Shown piece after piece: positions 6,923 to 17,523 of a stretch of DNA of 26,166 nucleotides. The notes under the pieces are model-generated. The model had not been told where the DNA came from and searched no databases. It worked only from the letters and a program-made list of their open reading frames with translations. Origin of the DNA: Leidyana gryllorum EB-2025a (Eukaryota; Protista; Apicomplexa); contig JBLWGC010000096.1 of assembly GCA_048772705.1 (NCBI GenBank), positions 1-26,166 of the forward strand. The letters run 5' to 3'. A program made the translations under genes and the position numbers. Positions within the stretch are counted from its first letter, which is position 1; the number at the start of each line of letters is the position of its first letter.

Positions 6923-9152
6923 CTCCTCCCCCTTCTAGCTGAAATGGGTTCTTGGGGAATCGTCTATTCCACTTCTTCATGAAGCTTTCTATCAGGTCTT
7001 GGCCATCGGCTTGAATGACATTGGTTGCCGGCTCCCAGGTTTCGTCTTGATAACCTACCCATTTAACCTTATACTCCAGTCCTCCGTCCGTTTCACGCCA
7101 ACCTATGATTTCCTGCATGATATAGAGCTGTTCATCATTTGATTTCCGTTGGTCATTTCCGCTGGAGCACGGGTCGTTCAATGCGTCTTCGGTGATTGTA
7201 ATTCTCTCTTCTAGATTTCGTTCATGGTAAGGTTCCAACCGGCTCGTGTGGAATTTAGGGTGTATCCCCCACGATTCTGGTAGGTCCAATAGATAAGTCT
7301 CGTCCCCGGTCCGCTGCAGTACCGTGAATGGTCCACAATACGGGGTGGTGAGCTTCGAAACTGGTACGTGTGACAGTCGGGCTGTCGCTAGAAGTACCTT
7401 TGGTCCGACCCGAAACTCTTGTTTCTGTCTATGTCGATCTGCGTTCTTCTTCTGCTGTGCCGCTGCCTGTCTCAATCTGTCCGAGGCCTCTTGCAGTTTC
7501 TGCAAATAGATCCTGCCGGTTAAACTTCTCTGTCCTGCTATATCCATCAGATTGTTCGGGAGGAAGGTCGTCCTGCCAGTGTCTAATTCCAGAGGTGAGA
7601 ACTTTGTCGAGGCTTGAGGGGCGGCGTTGCACGCCATCTCGGTCGCCATAACGTGTCCAGCCCAGTTCCCTCCATGTCCTAAGAGTGCACAGCGTATCAT
7701 CTGAACGATGGATCTATTCGCCCTTTCGACTAGCCCATTAGTTTCCGGGTGTCTGCTGGTGGATGGTGCCAATTGTACGCCGAGTGAGCGAGCCATTTCT
7801 TGCCATATGCCTGCCATGAATCTTCGATCTCTGTCCGAAACAATCTTCCTGGGTACCCCGTGAACTCTGACTATGTTCTCCATAAATAGTTGGGCTGTTT
7901 CGGCCGCTGTGATTGTCTTGTTGCAGGTTATCAAACGGACTCGGCGAGTCAACCTGTCCACGACTACCATGAGGTAGTCTTTTCCTGACTCCCTGTCTTT
8001 TGGTAACTCCAAGAAGTCAATCCCCACTTCTACCCATGGAAGTGTGGGATTACCGAGCGGGTGGAGAAGTCCATACGGCCGGTGGCTCCTCTTCTTCGCC
8101 TTTTGGCAGATTTCACATGTCCTGCAGTAGTTTATCACGTCGGCGAGTAGTCCTCGCCATGCAAACAGTGCCCTGATTCGTCCTGCAGTCTTGTCTGCTG
8201 CTAAATGGCCAGCCAATCTGCTGTCGTGGTTGTCTCGAATTATGCGGCGTATGATGTGTTCATCGGGAGGCACTTCTATACAGCCATCCTCCGTCACCGG
8301 TAGGTCACGAATCCATCGTATAGTACCACACCTACCCGCCTTGTCAACGTTCGTTCTCCAAGCTTCTCTCAGCTCCGATTCCAGGCAGCTTATCTCCGCG
8401 CTTTGCCTCTCATCCCCTTCGTCGATCTCTGCCGTCGGTTGTCGCTCTGTCGTTCCGTTCGTACTCTGTAGTCGTTCGTTCGTGTCGTAGGGGGCTCCCC
8501 CCCCGTCAATCGTCGCTGTTCCAGCTTCCGGCTCGTCGGCCCGGTCGCTTTCCGTGTTGAAACATTCGTGGAGTGTTTGTGTTCGCGCTTTCGGTCGCGG
8601 TCGGCTCAAAAGATCCGCCAAAATATTTTGCGTACCCGGAATGTATCCGATCTGTAAATCGAGCTCGGCCAAGGTCAACATCCACCTTGCCTGCCTGTCG
8701 GACAGGTGCGGTTGCTTTAGTAAGTGTATCAATGGCTTGTGGTCTGTCATGACCTTCACCGTTCTTCCCACCATCAGATGTCGCCAGTGCCGGCAGGCCT
8801 TCACGATAGCCAGCATATATCTCTCGTGGACCGGGTACCTCGTTTGTGCTGGAGAAAGTATCGATGACAGGTAATCGATGGGTTCTAGACCTTCTTCACC
8901 CTCCTGTTGTAGGACTGCTCCGATAGCGTACTGACTTGCATCGGTATGTAGAATGAGCGGCTCCGGGCCCGGTCGCGGAAACTTCAGCATTGGAGCGTTG
9001 CGTAAGCCGTCTTTCAGCAGCTCGATTGCTCGTTCGGCTTCCCCACAGTGAGTTATTGGATCATTGGGCTTCTTCAATCCCTTTCCAAGGGCGTACACTG
9101 GTCTCGCCAATTTGGCGAACTCGGGTATGTATCGCCGATAGTAATTGAGCAT
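6918..9152 (-). CDS. pol: Element B truncated Pol: RT thumb/connection, RNase H, integrase, chromodomain
   Basis: NYYRRYIP, TDAS, TDHKPL, HHCC, DDE, GPF and YKVKWVGY..TWEP. The stop codon lies in the first bases of the LTR. Confidence 0.93.
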   Translation of the reverse strand: MLNYYRRYIPEFAKLARPVYALGKGLKKPNDPITHCGEAERAIELLKDGLRNAPMLKFPRPGPEPLILHTDASQYAIGAVLQQEGEEGLEPIDYLSSILSPAQTRYPVHERYMLAIVKACRHWRHLMVGRTVKVMTDHKPLIHLLKQPHLSDRQARWMLTLAELDLQIGYIPGTQNILADLLSRPRPKARTQTLHECFNTESDRADEPEAGTATIDGGGAPYDTNERLQSTNGTTERQPTAEIDEGDERQSAEISCLESELREAWRTNVDKAGRCGTIRWIRDLPVTEDGCIEVPPDEHIIRRIIRDNHDSRLAGHLAADKTAGRIRALFAWRGLLADVINYCRTCEICQKAKKRSHRPYGLLHPLGNPTLPWVEVGIDFLELPKDRESGKDYLMVVVDRLTRRVRLITCNKTITAAETAQLFMENIVRVHGVPRKIVSDRDRRFMAGIWQEMARSLGVQLAPSTSRHPETNGLVERANRSIVQMIRCALLGHGGNWAGHVMATEMACNAAPQASTKFSPLELDTGRTTFLPNNLMDIAGQRSLTGRIYLQKLQEASDRLRQAAAQQKKNADRHRQKQEFRVGPKVLLATARLSHVPVSKLTTPYCGPFTVLQRTGDETYLLDLPESWGIHPKFHTSRLEPYHERNLEERITITEDALNDPCSSGNDQRKSNDEQLYIMQEIIGWRETDGGLEYKVKWVGYQDETWEPATNVIQADGQDLIESFMKKWNRRFPKNPFQLEGGGV

Positions 9153-9242
9153 GTAACTTCGTCTACTTCCGGATATGCGCCTGTAGCCTTCTTCGTTGAT
9201 CCTATGGCTTTGTTCCTCGATCTGCTGTGCTGTCGATCTGGA

Positions 9243-9254
9243 GCACTGCTACCA
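9243..9254 (-). promoter_or_regulatory. Element B PBS TGGTAGCAGTGC
   Basis: One nt after the 5' LTR end. Confidence 0.9.
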
Positions 9255-9255
9255 G

Positions 9256-9495
9256 TGTAAGCGGTTCCCCCGCCAGTGGTGTCGGTAAGTGGTTGCCGGT
9301 GGGGGCGTTTGCTACTACGTAATTCCAGTGGCATCTGCAAGCGGTTCCAGACTTAATAAAAACGTGTTTGTAAGTTGCGCGTCTCCGTGTGTGCCGGTTT
9401 GCCGGTCATCGGAGACGTGATCTATTATACTGGACCAGCTCTGGCTGGCCAGGGACTAAGCAAAACAGGGCTATGTAGTGTGACTGGGGTCTACA
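9256..9495 (-). repeat. Element B 5' LTR, 240 bp, containing the gag ATG (9334)
   Basis: Direct repeat of 6683-6922. Confidence 0.96.
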
Positions 9496-9901
9496 GTCCA
9501 AGTCCCACGTCTCGCACACCAAATCTTGGGAAAAGTGGCTCGTTTGGGCTGCTATCTGTTGCTTGCGAGCCGCACGAGAGCTAAATTAAGGAGTCTGACG
9601 ACCCTTACATCTCGATGGGAGGCTAGTTTGCTGTAGCGAACGAGCCAATTGAAGTTTGGGAAGTCTCATTTTTGCAAAAATCAGGCCTTCTCGTGTCTCA
9701 GAGAGCTCGAGAGAGTCGCCTATCTCCTATTCTAGCGGTGAGATTTCGCCTAAAATCTGGCTGCTAACTAATCAGGCCACTACTATTCCTAAGGTAAGCG
9801 AGAGAGCTAGTCTAGAGCTCCTAATCAAATTCCTATTTCACTAAAAGTTGTTTCTGGTACCCCCTAAGAACCCCCAAAAAACCTACGGTAATGGTCGGGC
9901 T
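9496..9901 (-). repeat. Repeat U copy 1, terminal segment (continuous with 5031-6682 once B is removed)
   Basis: Near-identical to 11392-11795. Similarity ends at ...GGTAATGGTCGGGCT in both copies. Confidence 0.92.
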
Positions 9902-10518
9902 CACCCTTGCGGGTTTCGCCGACCTGCACAACGTTGGTCGGGAGTGCCCTTCTGAGCACGTGGAGGATTTGTTGGTCATTCATGTTGGCAATGCCCCTTC
10001 TAAGTTCGCGGAAACGTTGTACGAAGGATGTGAGTGTTTCTGGTGTGGCCTGCAGGTCCATTAATTCGTCAAGGTCCGACCGCGTGGTGGTTCCAAATTC
10101 GCGGTTGAAGCAGGTCACTAATTCGCTCCATGTGTATTCCCGCAGGTCGGCTTTGCTGCTTGCCGTGTTCAGCCAGCGTGCAGCTGAATCTTTAAGCGTA
10201 CCGCACGCGATGCGAGTTCTTGATTCGTGGGTTATCAGTAGGGTGTCGAAGGCGGCCTCCAAGTTGTCAATGTGCGTTCTGGGGTTCTGCGTTCCATCGA
10301 AACTGCCGGTGAGTTGTGATACTAGTCTGATGTCCCTTGCCAGGTTCGTGTTGGTCCGATCGGTGTTTGCAGTGTCTGGGGGAGGTGAGCGGATCGCAAG
10401 CACTGCTACCAGTGTAAGTGTCGGGCTCTGGGGGGTCGAGGGTAGGCCGTCGGGCCTTCTGGGTGAGCGCCTTGGGGAGGATTGACGCCCTTCTGGTGCG
10501 TTTAACGGTAAGAGTCAT
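9902..10518 (-). pseudogene. gag: Element C gag fragment (ATG at 10518 in the LTR, frameshift shortly after the PBS, cut by repeat U)
   Basis: MTLTVKRTRR...DTYTGSSA in ORF 10267..10752. Capsid-like part in ORF 9864..10403. Confidence 0.85.
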
Positions 10519-10650
10519 ATTCGTGTGTTCGTTGTAGGTTCGCTCCCGTGTCTCCGTACCCGGTGCCGGCCGGCACTGGAGACACAGACACGCTCGCAGC
10601 CGGACTGATTCGTCAGCCGGTGACATGCAACTAAAAAGGGTACACAGAGG

Positions 10651-10918
10651 TGTAAGGATACACTTAATCACCCGCCACTGCATGAGTGGACGAGCCAGGT
10701 AAGAGTCTGTGTCTCCAGGCCGTGCCGGCCGGCACAAGGGAGACACAGACACGTGTGTGCTACTAGAGTTAGCGTTTTTTGGCGTTGTTGATCTGAACTA
10801 ACTAAGAACTGAATTCACTGGAACACGATGACTAATCGACGAACAACTACTACGAAACGAACTGTAGAGTCGGAGCCAACAACAGAGGCTCCCCCTCAGA
10901 ACGGAAGCGACTCTTACA
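10651..10918 (+). mobile_element. Solo LTR S (268 bp) of a further family, inserted in the C LTR
   Basis: TGTAAG...CTTACA termini flanked by GAGG/GAGG. Carries the central hairpin and an ATG at 10828 opening 30 codons that end TAC-A at the LTR edge, like the other LTRs. Confidence 0.88.
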
Positions 10919-10980
10919 GAGGGCTATGCTGATCGGGACCTGGATTCAGGGGGGTTCAGTGGTGTAAGTCACCTCTTACA

Positions 10981-11795
10981 TAAGGATGACGACATCAAAA
11001 AAATGTAATAAATTTCGCTTAGAGCCACCCAATAACCTCAGTAGACGAGAAAGACGGTAGGGGAGACTGAGAATGATAGGGGAGACTGAGAATGACTCAA
11101 TGAGATGTTAGCTGGGGCGTCACTGGATGCTGGTTGGGGCAGGTAGCGAATGGGGGTCAGTTGGCTGGGATAAAAAGTGCACAACGGGGAGGTGAGGCTC
11201 TGGTCGCAAAGTGGCGAAGCTCCTTGGGGGCGTTCTGGGATGTGTGGGGATGAGGTGTGGGAACTTACTTGGTGTGGGAACGTGCCAGACCAGTCTGAGT
11301 GGCACGAGGTCACGTCTTGGGAACATCTGGGGGGGAAGAAAGCGAGCGCGAGCGAGAAGAGGGCTTTTTGGATCTGAGAACAAAAATAACAGTCCAAGTC
11401 CCACGTCTCGCACACCAAATCTTGGGAAAAGTGGCTCGTTTGGGCTGCTATCTGTTGCTTGCGAGCCGCACGAGAGCTAAATTAAGGAGTCTGACGACCC
11501 TTACATCTCGATGGGAGGCTAGTTTGCTGTAGCGAACGAGCCAATTGAAGTTTGGGAAGTCTCATTTTTGCAAAAATCAGGCCTTCTCGTGTCTCAGAGC
11601 TCGAGAGAGTCGCCTATCTCCTATTCTAGCGGTGAGATTTCGCCTAAAATCTGGCTGCTAACTAATCAGGCCACTACTATTCCTAAGGTAAGCGAGAGAG
11701 CTAGTCTAGAGCTCCTAATCAAATTCCTATTTCACTAAAAGTCGTTTCTGGTACCCCCTAAGAACCCCCAAAAAACCTACGGTAATGGTCGGGCT
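10981..11795 (-). repeat. Repeat U copy 2
   Basis: ~11245-11795 is near-identical to copy 1. ~11027-11245 is a diverged, gapped match to ~6280-6540. Starts with the TAAGGATGACGACA motif. Confidence 0.9.
11038..11565 (-). pseudogene. Repeat U ORF1, copy 2 (in-frame TAA at codon 28, frameshifts downstream)
   Basis: ATG at 11565 (MRLPKLQ) is in frame with ORF 11038..11418 (VCETWDLDCYFC). Homologous to 6069-6682 plus 9501-9669. Confidence 0.5.
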
Positions 11796-12103
11796 TGTGA
11801 CGCGGTGAGTTTAGGTTGTCCCCAGCGGTGCTACCTAGGAGCACTTTACCGTTGCGCAGGATCGTCGAGTCGAGGTTCATGTTCACAAAGGTAAAAGCAC
11901 ACGTGTGTCCGTGTCTCCGCCCGGCCGGCCGGCCGGTCTCCGAGACACAAACAAGCAGGGCGGATTGACCGAGGTCAAGCGCCGTCAGAAATCCGCCTTT
12001 GGCGTAGGTGGTGTCCACCGCAGAGGACTCCGTCTGCTGGATCGAGGAGTGTGGGCCGATCCAGCAGAGCAAGGGGGGTTCGGGGAGGTGTCATTCCGTT
12101 ACA
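11796..12103 (-). repeat. Element D 3' LTR, 308 bp
   Basis: TGTAAC...GTCACA after the PPT GAGGGAGGGG. Has the central hairpin and an ATG at 11880 in the gag-type register. Confidence 0.88.
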
Positions 12104-12841
12104 CCCCTCCCTCACCAGTTCTTGGTAGGGAGCCCGGGGGTGGTGTCGGTTCCAATCTTGTTTGAAGGTCTCGATCAGGTCATCTCCAAGACCTTCCTGA
12201 ACGTGGTGGAGGGGTTCCCAAGTTGCCTCCTCCTCAGGGTAATTTAGCCACTTGACTCGATACCAGAGCTGGCCATCCGCGTCTCGTTTCTCTCCCAGAA
12301 TGCGTTCCATCATGTAGAGCTCTTGCGGTGGGGGTTCCATACGGGGTGAATCGGTACGGGGCATTGAGCGGTCGTGGTAGGGTTCCAGTCGGGATACGTG
12401 GAACTTTGGAAAGAGGTTCCAGGATGCGGGGCAGTCGAGCACGTAAGTGTCGTTAGGGCATACTTCGAGGATCTCCAAGGGGCCGAAGAAGGGTAGATTC
12501 AACTTGTTGGGAGGTACGTGTCGTAGGCCTCGCGTTGCCAGCAGCACCTTCTCGCCAACTGCAAAGCGTCGTACGACTCGATGCTTGTCGTATTGCTCCT
12601 TCTGTCTTTTGGAGGCCTCTTCCAAACGGTCGAGTGCGTCTTGGAGCCGTTGCATGTAGGACGAGAAGGCTCGGGAGTAGTGCGAGGGCAGTATCGTCCG
12701 CGGTGGTAGAAATGATGCACGTCCAGTGTCCAGCTCGAAGGGGGACGCTCTCGTGGACGCTTGACGTGAGGAGTTGTACGCAATCTCGATGAAGGGTAAG
12801 TGCTGATTCCATCTTGTTGTGAGTCCATGGAGAGTGCATCG
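11975..12841 (-). pseudogene. pol: Element D pol, 3' piece: end of integrase, GPY/F module, chromodomain, LTR-encoded tail
   Basis: Open from RCTLHG (12841) through YRVKWLNY..ATWEP to GGHHLRQRRISDGA. Confidence 0.92.
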
Positions 12842-12845
12842 GAGT

Positions 12846-13072
12846 TGTAAGGTACTACACCACCTCTTAAGTTATGTGAACCCTTTTTATTGTGCATGAA
12901 CATGAGCAGCGTGTCTCCCGAGGGAGACACCGGCATTACAAACACGTGCGATCTATAATGACGGTCACCACCAGAAGGGGATCTAAGCTGTCAGTCTTAC
13001 CTAGGTCCCTTACCCAGGGAACCAAGACCAAGACCGGCAAGGCACCGCCGGTGGACGAGCCACCAACTTACA
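12846..13072 (+). repeat. Element E 5' LTR
   Basis: TGTAAG...CTTACA, direct repeat of 17293-17519. Confidence 0.96.
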
Positions 13073-13908
13073 CTGGTAGCAGTGCTTTTGAAGAAGACCA
13101 GCCCAGAACCCAGAATTACATCTTGGACGCTCCCAGAACGGTTTCACAGGACACGATTGCCAAGGACATCAAGCTTGTCACCCAACTAACCAGCTTCTTC
13201 AATGGAAACCAGAACCCACGCACTCATCTAGACAACCTGGAGGCCGCGTTCGATACGCTCATGATACAGGCACAGCATCGAACGCGCATTGCCTGTGGCA
13301 CCCTTAAGGATTCGGCTGCCCGGTGGCTGAACGCCGCAAGCAGAATCATGCCTCTGAGGGAAGTTCCGTGGAACGTATTCGTGGACAGATTCATACAGGA
13401 GTTCGGTACCACTAGCAAAAGTGATTTAGAACAACTCATGGAATTGCGGGCCAACCCGAGAGACCTTACTGGATTTGTGCAGAAAGTGCGCGAACTACGC
13501 CGCGGACTATACAACATTGACGATGAACAGATGCTTCAGATCATCAAACGGGCTCTCGCGGGGTCCGATCGGGACCTCCTGATGACAAGAAACCCACACA
13601 CGCTCGAAGAGGCATTGGAATTTTTGGCGCAACTAGGGCGCGAGCACAGGGGACAACCAGATAGTTACCGGGCCCTGCCAGTGAGACCCAAGGGAGTGGG
13701 CTTCGCTAACCCACATACTCGTGAACATTGTCAGAAGAACCGGCTGTGCTATACTTGCGGTGGGGCAGATCACATAGCGCCAGCCTGCCCAAAACGCACT
13801 AAGCAGCCGGAAAGGAGCGCAAACAGACGAAGCAAAACCTTCCTTATAACCCAAGATTCAGAAACAGAGTTAAGTCCGGCACCGGAGGGATCCAACCAGG
13901 ATTTTTGA
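12958..13908 (+). CDS. gag: Element E Gag (316 aa, ATG inside the LTR)
   Basis: MTVTTRRG...PTYTGSSA, capsid-like region and CYTCGGADHIAPAC knuckle. Confidence 0.92.
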   Translation: MTVTTRRGSKLSVLPRSLTQGTKTKTGKAPPVDEPPTYTGSSAFEEDQPRTQNYILDAPRTVSQDTIAKDIKLVTQLTSFFNGNQNPRTHLDNLEAAFDTLMIQAQHRTRIACGTLKDSAARWLNAASRIMPLREVPWNVFVDRFIQEFGTTSKSDLEQLMELRANPRDLTGFVQKVRELRRGLYNIDDEQMLQIIKRALAGSDRDLLMTRNPHTLEEALEFLAQLGREHRGQPDSYRALPVRPKGVGFANPHTREHCQKNRLCYTCGGADHIAPACPKRTKQPERSANRRSKTFLITQDSETELSPAPEGSNQDF

Positions 13909-13945
13909 TACAGGCCCCGCTCCACACGTTGGGAGACAAGGGGCC
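13899..13945 (+). promoter_or_regulatory. Putative -1 frameshift signal of E
   Basis: G_GAT_TTT immediately before the gag TGA. GGCCCC (13913-13918) pairs with GGGGCC (13940-13945). Confidence 0.88.
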
Positions 13946-16900
13946 ACAAGAACAAGGAACGGAGCAGCCAACCCTAGTCTTTCGAGCAAGCACTCGAAAC
14001 CGCGCAACGGTACTATGGAATCTTGGGTATGGCCCCAACAGACAACAGGTTCTGTGCCTGATTGACTCGGGAGCGGATGTGAACATTCTGGATACTAGCA
14101 TGGCGACGAAGCTAGGAGTCAGGATGAACACCAACAAGACAGCTGTCCTGGAGGGCATAGGTGAACGCAGAAGCACCGCAGAAGCAACAGCAGACCTTTA
14201 CACCTCCAGCGGGAGGAAATGGAGAATGCGGTTTGTGGTCACTAACATAACCCCGTTTGATCTGATAGTGGGCGTCTCAGGCATTATGGAATTGGGGCTT
14301 GCGATCGGCACAGACTCAAGCGGACAACTGACGATTCTGGAGGAGAAAGTACTCACAAACAATGAAACAGAGAACCGATTGTTAGTCTCAATAGCAGCAG
14401 CGCAGACGGTGGAAGTTCCAGCCGAGGAAGAATGGATTGCTCAGGAATATGGTGAGATATTCAAGTCACCAACCGAACTACCTCCGTCTCGGGGGTTTCA
14501 CGATTTCGAGATTGACTTGCAACCGCACGCAGTTCCGTGTGCGGAGAGGGCCTATGGCGCCTCAAGCAGGAATAGGGCGGAGATGGACCAGCAGATAGCG
14601 GACCTACTTACCAAAGGATTCATCAGACCATCAAAATCGGCATGGGGGGCACCGTGCTTCCTGGTTCCGAAGAAGGACACGGCTACTCCACGTCTAGTGA
14701 TCAATTATAAGCAACTGAACGAACAAACAGTGGTATACGCTTACCCAATTCCACGACCTGACCTATCAGCAGCCGAGTTACGGCAGGCAACAGTCTTCTC
14801 AAAATTGGATCTCCGCTCCGGATACCATCAGATCCAAATCAGAGAACCCTTCCGTCATCTCACGGCCTTCACAGCGCCTGGTGGGAAATACGAGTGGAAC
14901 GTGCTACCGTTTGGCTTACGCAATGGCCCACCTGCCTTTGTAGCGTTCATTGAGGATATTCTGCGACCGTGGATCGGCAAATGCGCGATGGCATATGTCG
15001 ATGACATCCTAGTGTATAGCCCCACCAGGGAGAAACATCGGGAAGATGTCAGAAATATTTTAACAGCCCTGCGGGACCATCAATTGCGGGTACATCCGCA
15101 AAAATCAGCCTTTTTTATCACCGAGGTGGATTTCATTGGGCAACGACTGGACACCAATGGCATACATCCGGCAGAGAACAAGCGGAATGCCTTTGCGGAA
15201 GCAGAACCACCGGCCACGATGGCCGAGCTGAGGAGGGTGCTTGGCGGAATGACATTTTACTCGAAGTACATCAAAGGATTCGCGCAACTGGCACTCCCAT
15301 TCCATGACATGGTGGCCGAGTGCCGCTCAAAGGCGGAAAGGTTAAAGTGGAACAATGACTTGACTGACAGATGGAGGCGACTGACAGGGGCGTTTGGGGA
15401 CCCACTGACACTGGCCGTGGTGGATGATTCGCTACCCTTCCACGTGGCAACGGATGCGAGCAGCAAAGCGATTGGAGGAGTACTGGAACAGAGGAGAGGG
15501 GACGAGCGACGTATAATTGAATATTTTAGTGCCAAGCTGACCCCGACTCAACAGAATTGGGCAGTACATGAACGTGAACTATACGCGATCATGGCGGCCC
15601 TGAAACGATGGCGTCATTACCTTCTCAGCAGGGAATTCTTCGTCCACACTGATCACAAGCCCTTAACGGTGCTCAACAAAGCGGATTCAGCGCTCAGCCC
15701 CAAACTGGTAAGGTGGTTAGTGAAAATCTCGCAGTACCCAGCACGTATTGATTACGTCCCCGGAAGCCAGAACACGCTTGCGGATATCTTGAGCAGGGTG
15801 GGCACAACGTCAGCCAAACAAATGATATACATGGCAAGACAAGCGAACGGCACCGATTTCACGAGAGCATTGAAAGAGGCACATGACAGAGTCACGGTGG
15901 TACCGGACGGCTTCGAGCAAACGAATGGATGGATTCATGACGAGTTTGGACGACTGTTTGTGCCAGCCGAGAGCGACTTAAGACGGACGGTATTGACAGA
16001 GAGCCATGATTCGGCCATCAGTGGACATATGGCTCACGACCGCACCCTTTTCAGACTCCGCAGCCAATTTAACTGGCCTGGCATCACGGAAGACGTCAGG
16101 ACATACTGCCGACAGTGTCCGACTTGTCAGCGGAGCAAGGTCTTACCCAAACGCACGCTTGGATTACTCAACCCAATCCCACCGCCCGAACTGCCATGGC
16201 AGGAGATTTCAATTGACTTCCTGTCGATGCCAACCGACCCAGACTCCGGAGCTGACTCAATTATGACGATCATCGATCGCCTAACAAGACGTCTACTACT
16301 GGAACCCTTCACTCACCCTGCCACGGCCCGAGCAAGTGCCCAGACGCTGATGAATCGGGTAGTCAGGGAGCATGGTTTCCCTAAAGCCATAATCTGCGAC
16401 AGAGACAGTCGATGGCTTGGAGAAGTATGGAGCGAATTACTCACCATCACCGGAACGAAATTGAAACCCAGCACCAGAGGTCATCCTCAAACCAATGGCC
16501 TAGTCGAGAGAGCTCACCGTACACTCCTGCAGTCCTTAAGATGCCTCTGCGACTCTATTGGACCTCGATGGACAGCGAAATTAGCCTCAGTCGAGTTTGC
16601 CTTCAACTCAATGAGAAACGCCTCGACGCAGCTCTCACCGTTCGAGGCTGAGCGCGGTTACACCCCCGCGATACCACTGACTGCAGGACTGCCTACCACC
16701 AGCATGGGAGACGGATTACTACACTCTGAACTGATCACGATCCTTCAGGACAGAATCAGATCCGCGCAGGACAAGCAGAAGGTACAACACGACAAAGACG
16801 AGAGGAGGCGAGTCTCCAAGTGGGCGATTGGACGCTGGTAAAAACCAGTGGTGTCCGCGGCGCCCCAGGAGGAAAGCTAGCGAAGCCGTACATGGGACCC

Positions 16901-17297
16901 TTCAGGGTACGAACGGCGCAACCAGGAGATGTGTATGAGCTGAGCATGCCGACGAGATGGCAGGGATGCTCCAGGTTTCACATTTCACGGCTACGCAAGT
17001 ACGAAGGAACACCACCAGCAACCGAACAAGACACTCTGTACCAGATGGAAGAGAATCTTGGCAGAGAGCAAGGGCGCACGAGGAACTCGTTACCTCGTCA
17101 AGTGGCAGGGCTACCCGAGAAGTGAGGCAACATGGGAACCACTGACTACGATCATCAATGCCGACGCCACTGATCTAGTCATACAATACAGAGAACGATG
17201 GAACGAACGCAATCCGAGGAACCCATTCACTGAGAGTGAACTAAGGGGGACCGATTTAATTCCGCTTACGCAGCAGGCGATGGAGGGAGGAGTGTAA
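13899..17297 (+). CDS. pol: Element E Pol (PR, RT, RH, IN, chromodomain) with two single-base indels at ~16795 and ~17050
   Basis: LIDSGA, LDLRSGYHQ, YVDD, TDAS, HHCC and DDE. ORFs 13905..16841, 16820..17125 and 17058..17297 join as DKRREEASLQVGD and YQMERILAES..YLVKWQGY..TWEP. Confidence 0.93.
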
Positions 17298-17519
17298 GGT
17301 ACTACACCACCTCTTAAGTTATGTGAACCCTTTTTATTGTGCATGAACATGAGCAGCGTGTCTCCCGAGGGAGACACCGGCATTACAAACACGTGCGATC
17401 TATAATGACGGTCACCACCAGAAGGGGATCTAAGCTGTCAGTCTTACCTAGGTCCCTTACCCAGAGAACCAAGACCAAGACCGGCAAGGCACCGCCGGTG
17501 GACGAGCCACCAACTTACA
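17293..17519 (+). repeat. Element E 3' LTR
   Basis: Direct repeat of 12846-13072. Confidence 0.96.
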
Positions 17520-17523
17520 GAGT

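Larger units (their letters stand above)
6683..9495 (-). mobile_element. Element B: internally deleted chromovirus lacking most of gag, PR and the RT core; 5-bp TSD GTCCA
   Basis: 240-bp LTRs, PBS and PPT. GTCCA at 6678-6682 and 9496-9500. The empty site is visible at ~11392-11396. Confidence 0.97.
9902..10980 (-). mobile_element. Element C: 5' LTR, PBS and partial gag, related to element E
   Basis: LTR at 10413-10650 plus ~10923-10980 begins TGTAAGAGGTGACTTACACCAC (E: TGTAAGGTACTACACCAC). PBS at 10400-10411. Gag shares QNPRTH.DNLEAAFDTL and RTRIACGTLKDSAARWLN with E. Confidence 0.92.
12846..17519 (+). mobile_element. Element E: full-length chromovirus, 227-bp LTRs, apparent 4-bp TSD GAGT
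   Basis: LTRs at 12846-13072 and 17293-17519 (one mismatch seen), PBS at 13074-13085, PPT at 17282-17292. GAGT at 12842-12845 and 17520-17523. Confidence 0.97.

Noticed and set aside
9152-9157. TGTAAC at the B deletion junction as an LTR end or autointegration scar
   Set aside because: It does not match the B termini beyond TGTAA and no LTR sequence adjoins it.
9586-9588. Alternative genetic code (TAA/TAG = Gln)
   Set aside because: Several ORFs of 700-1200 codons contain no in-frame TAA/TAG, and TAG/TAA terminate gag and pol at homologous positions.
10600-10760. Hammerhead ribozyme (retrozyme-like) in the LTRs
   Set aside because: I could not find a CTGANGA plus GAAA core in the required stem arrangement. 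A covariance-model search was not run.
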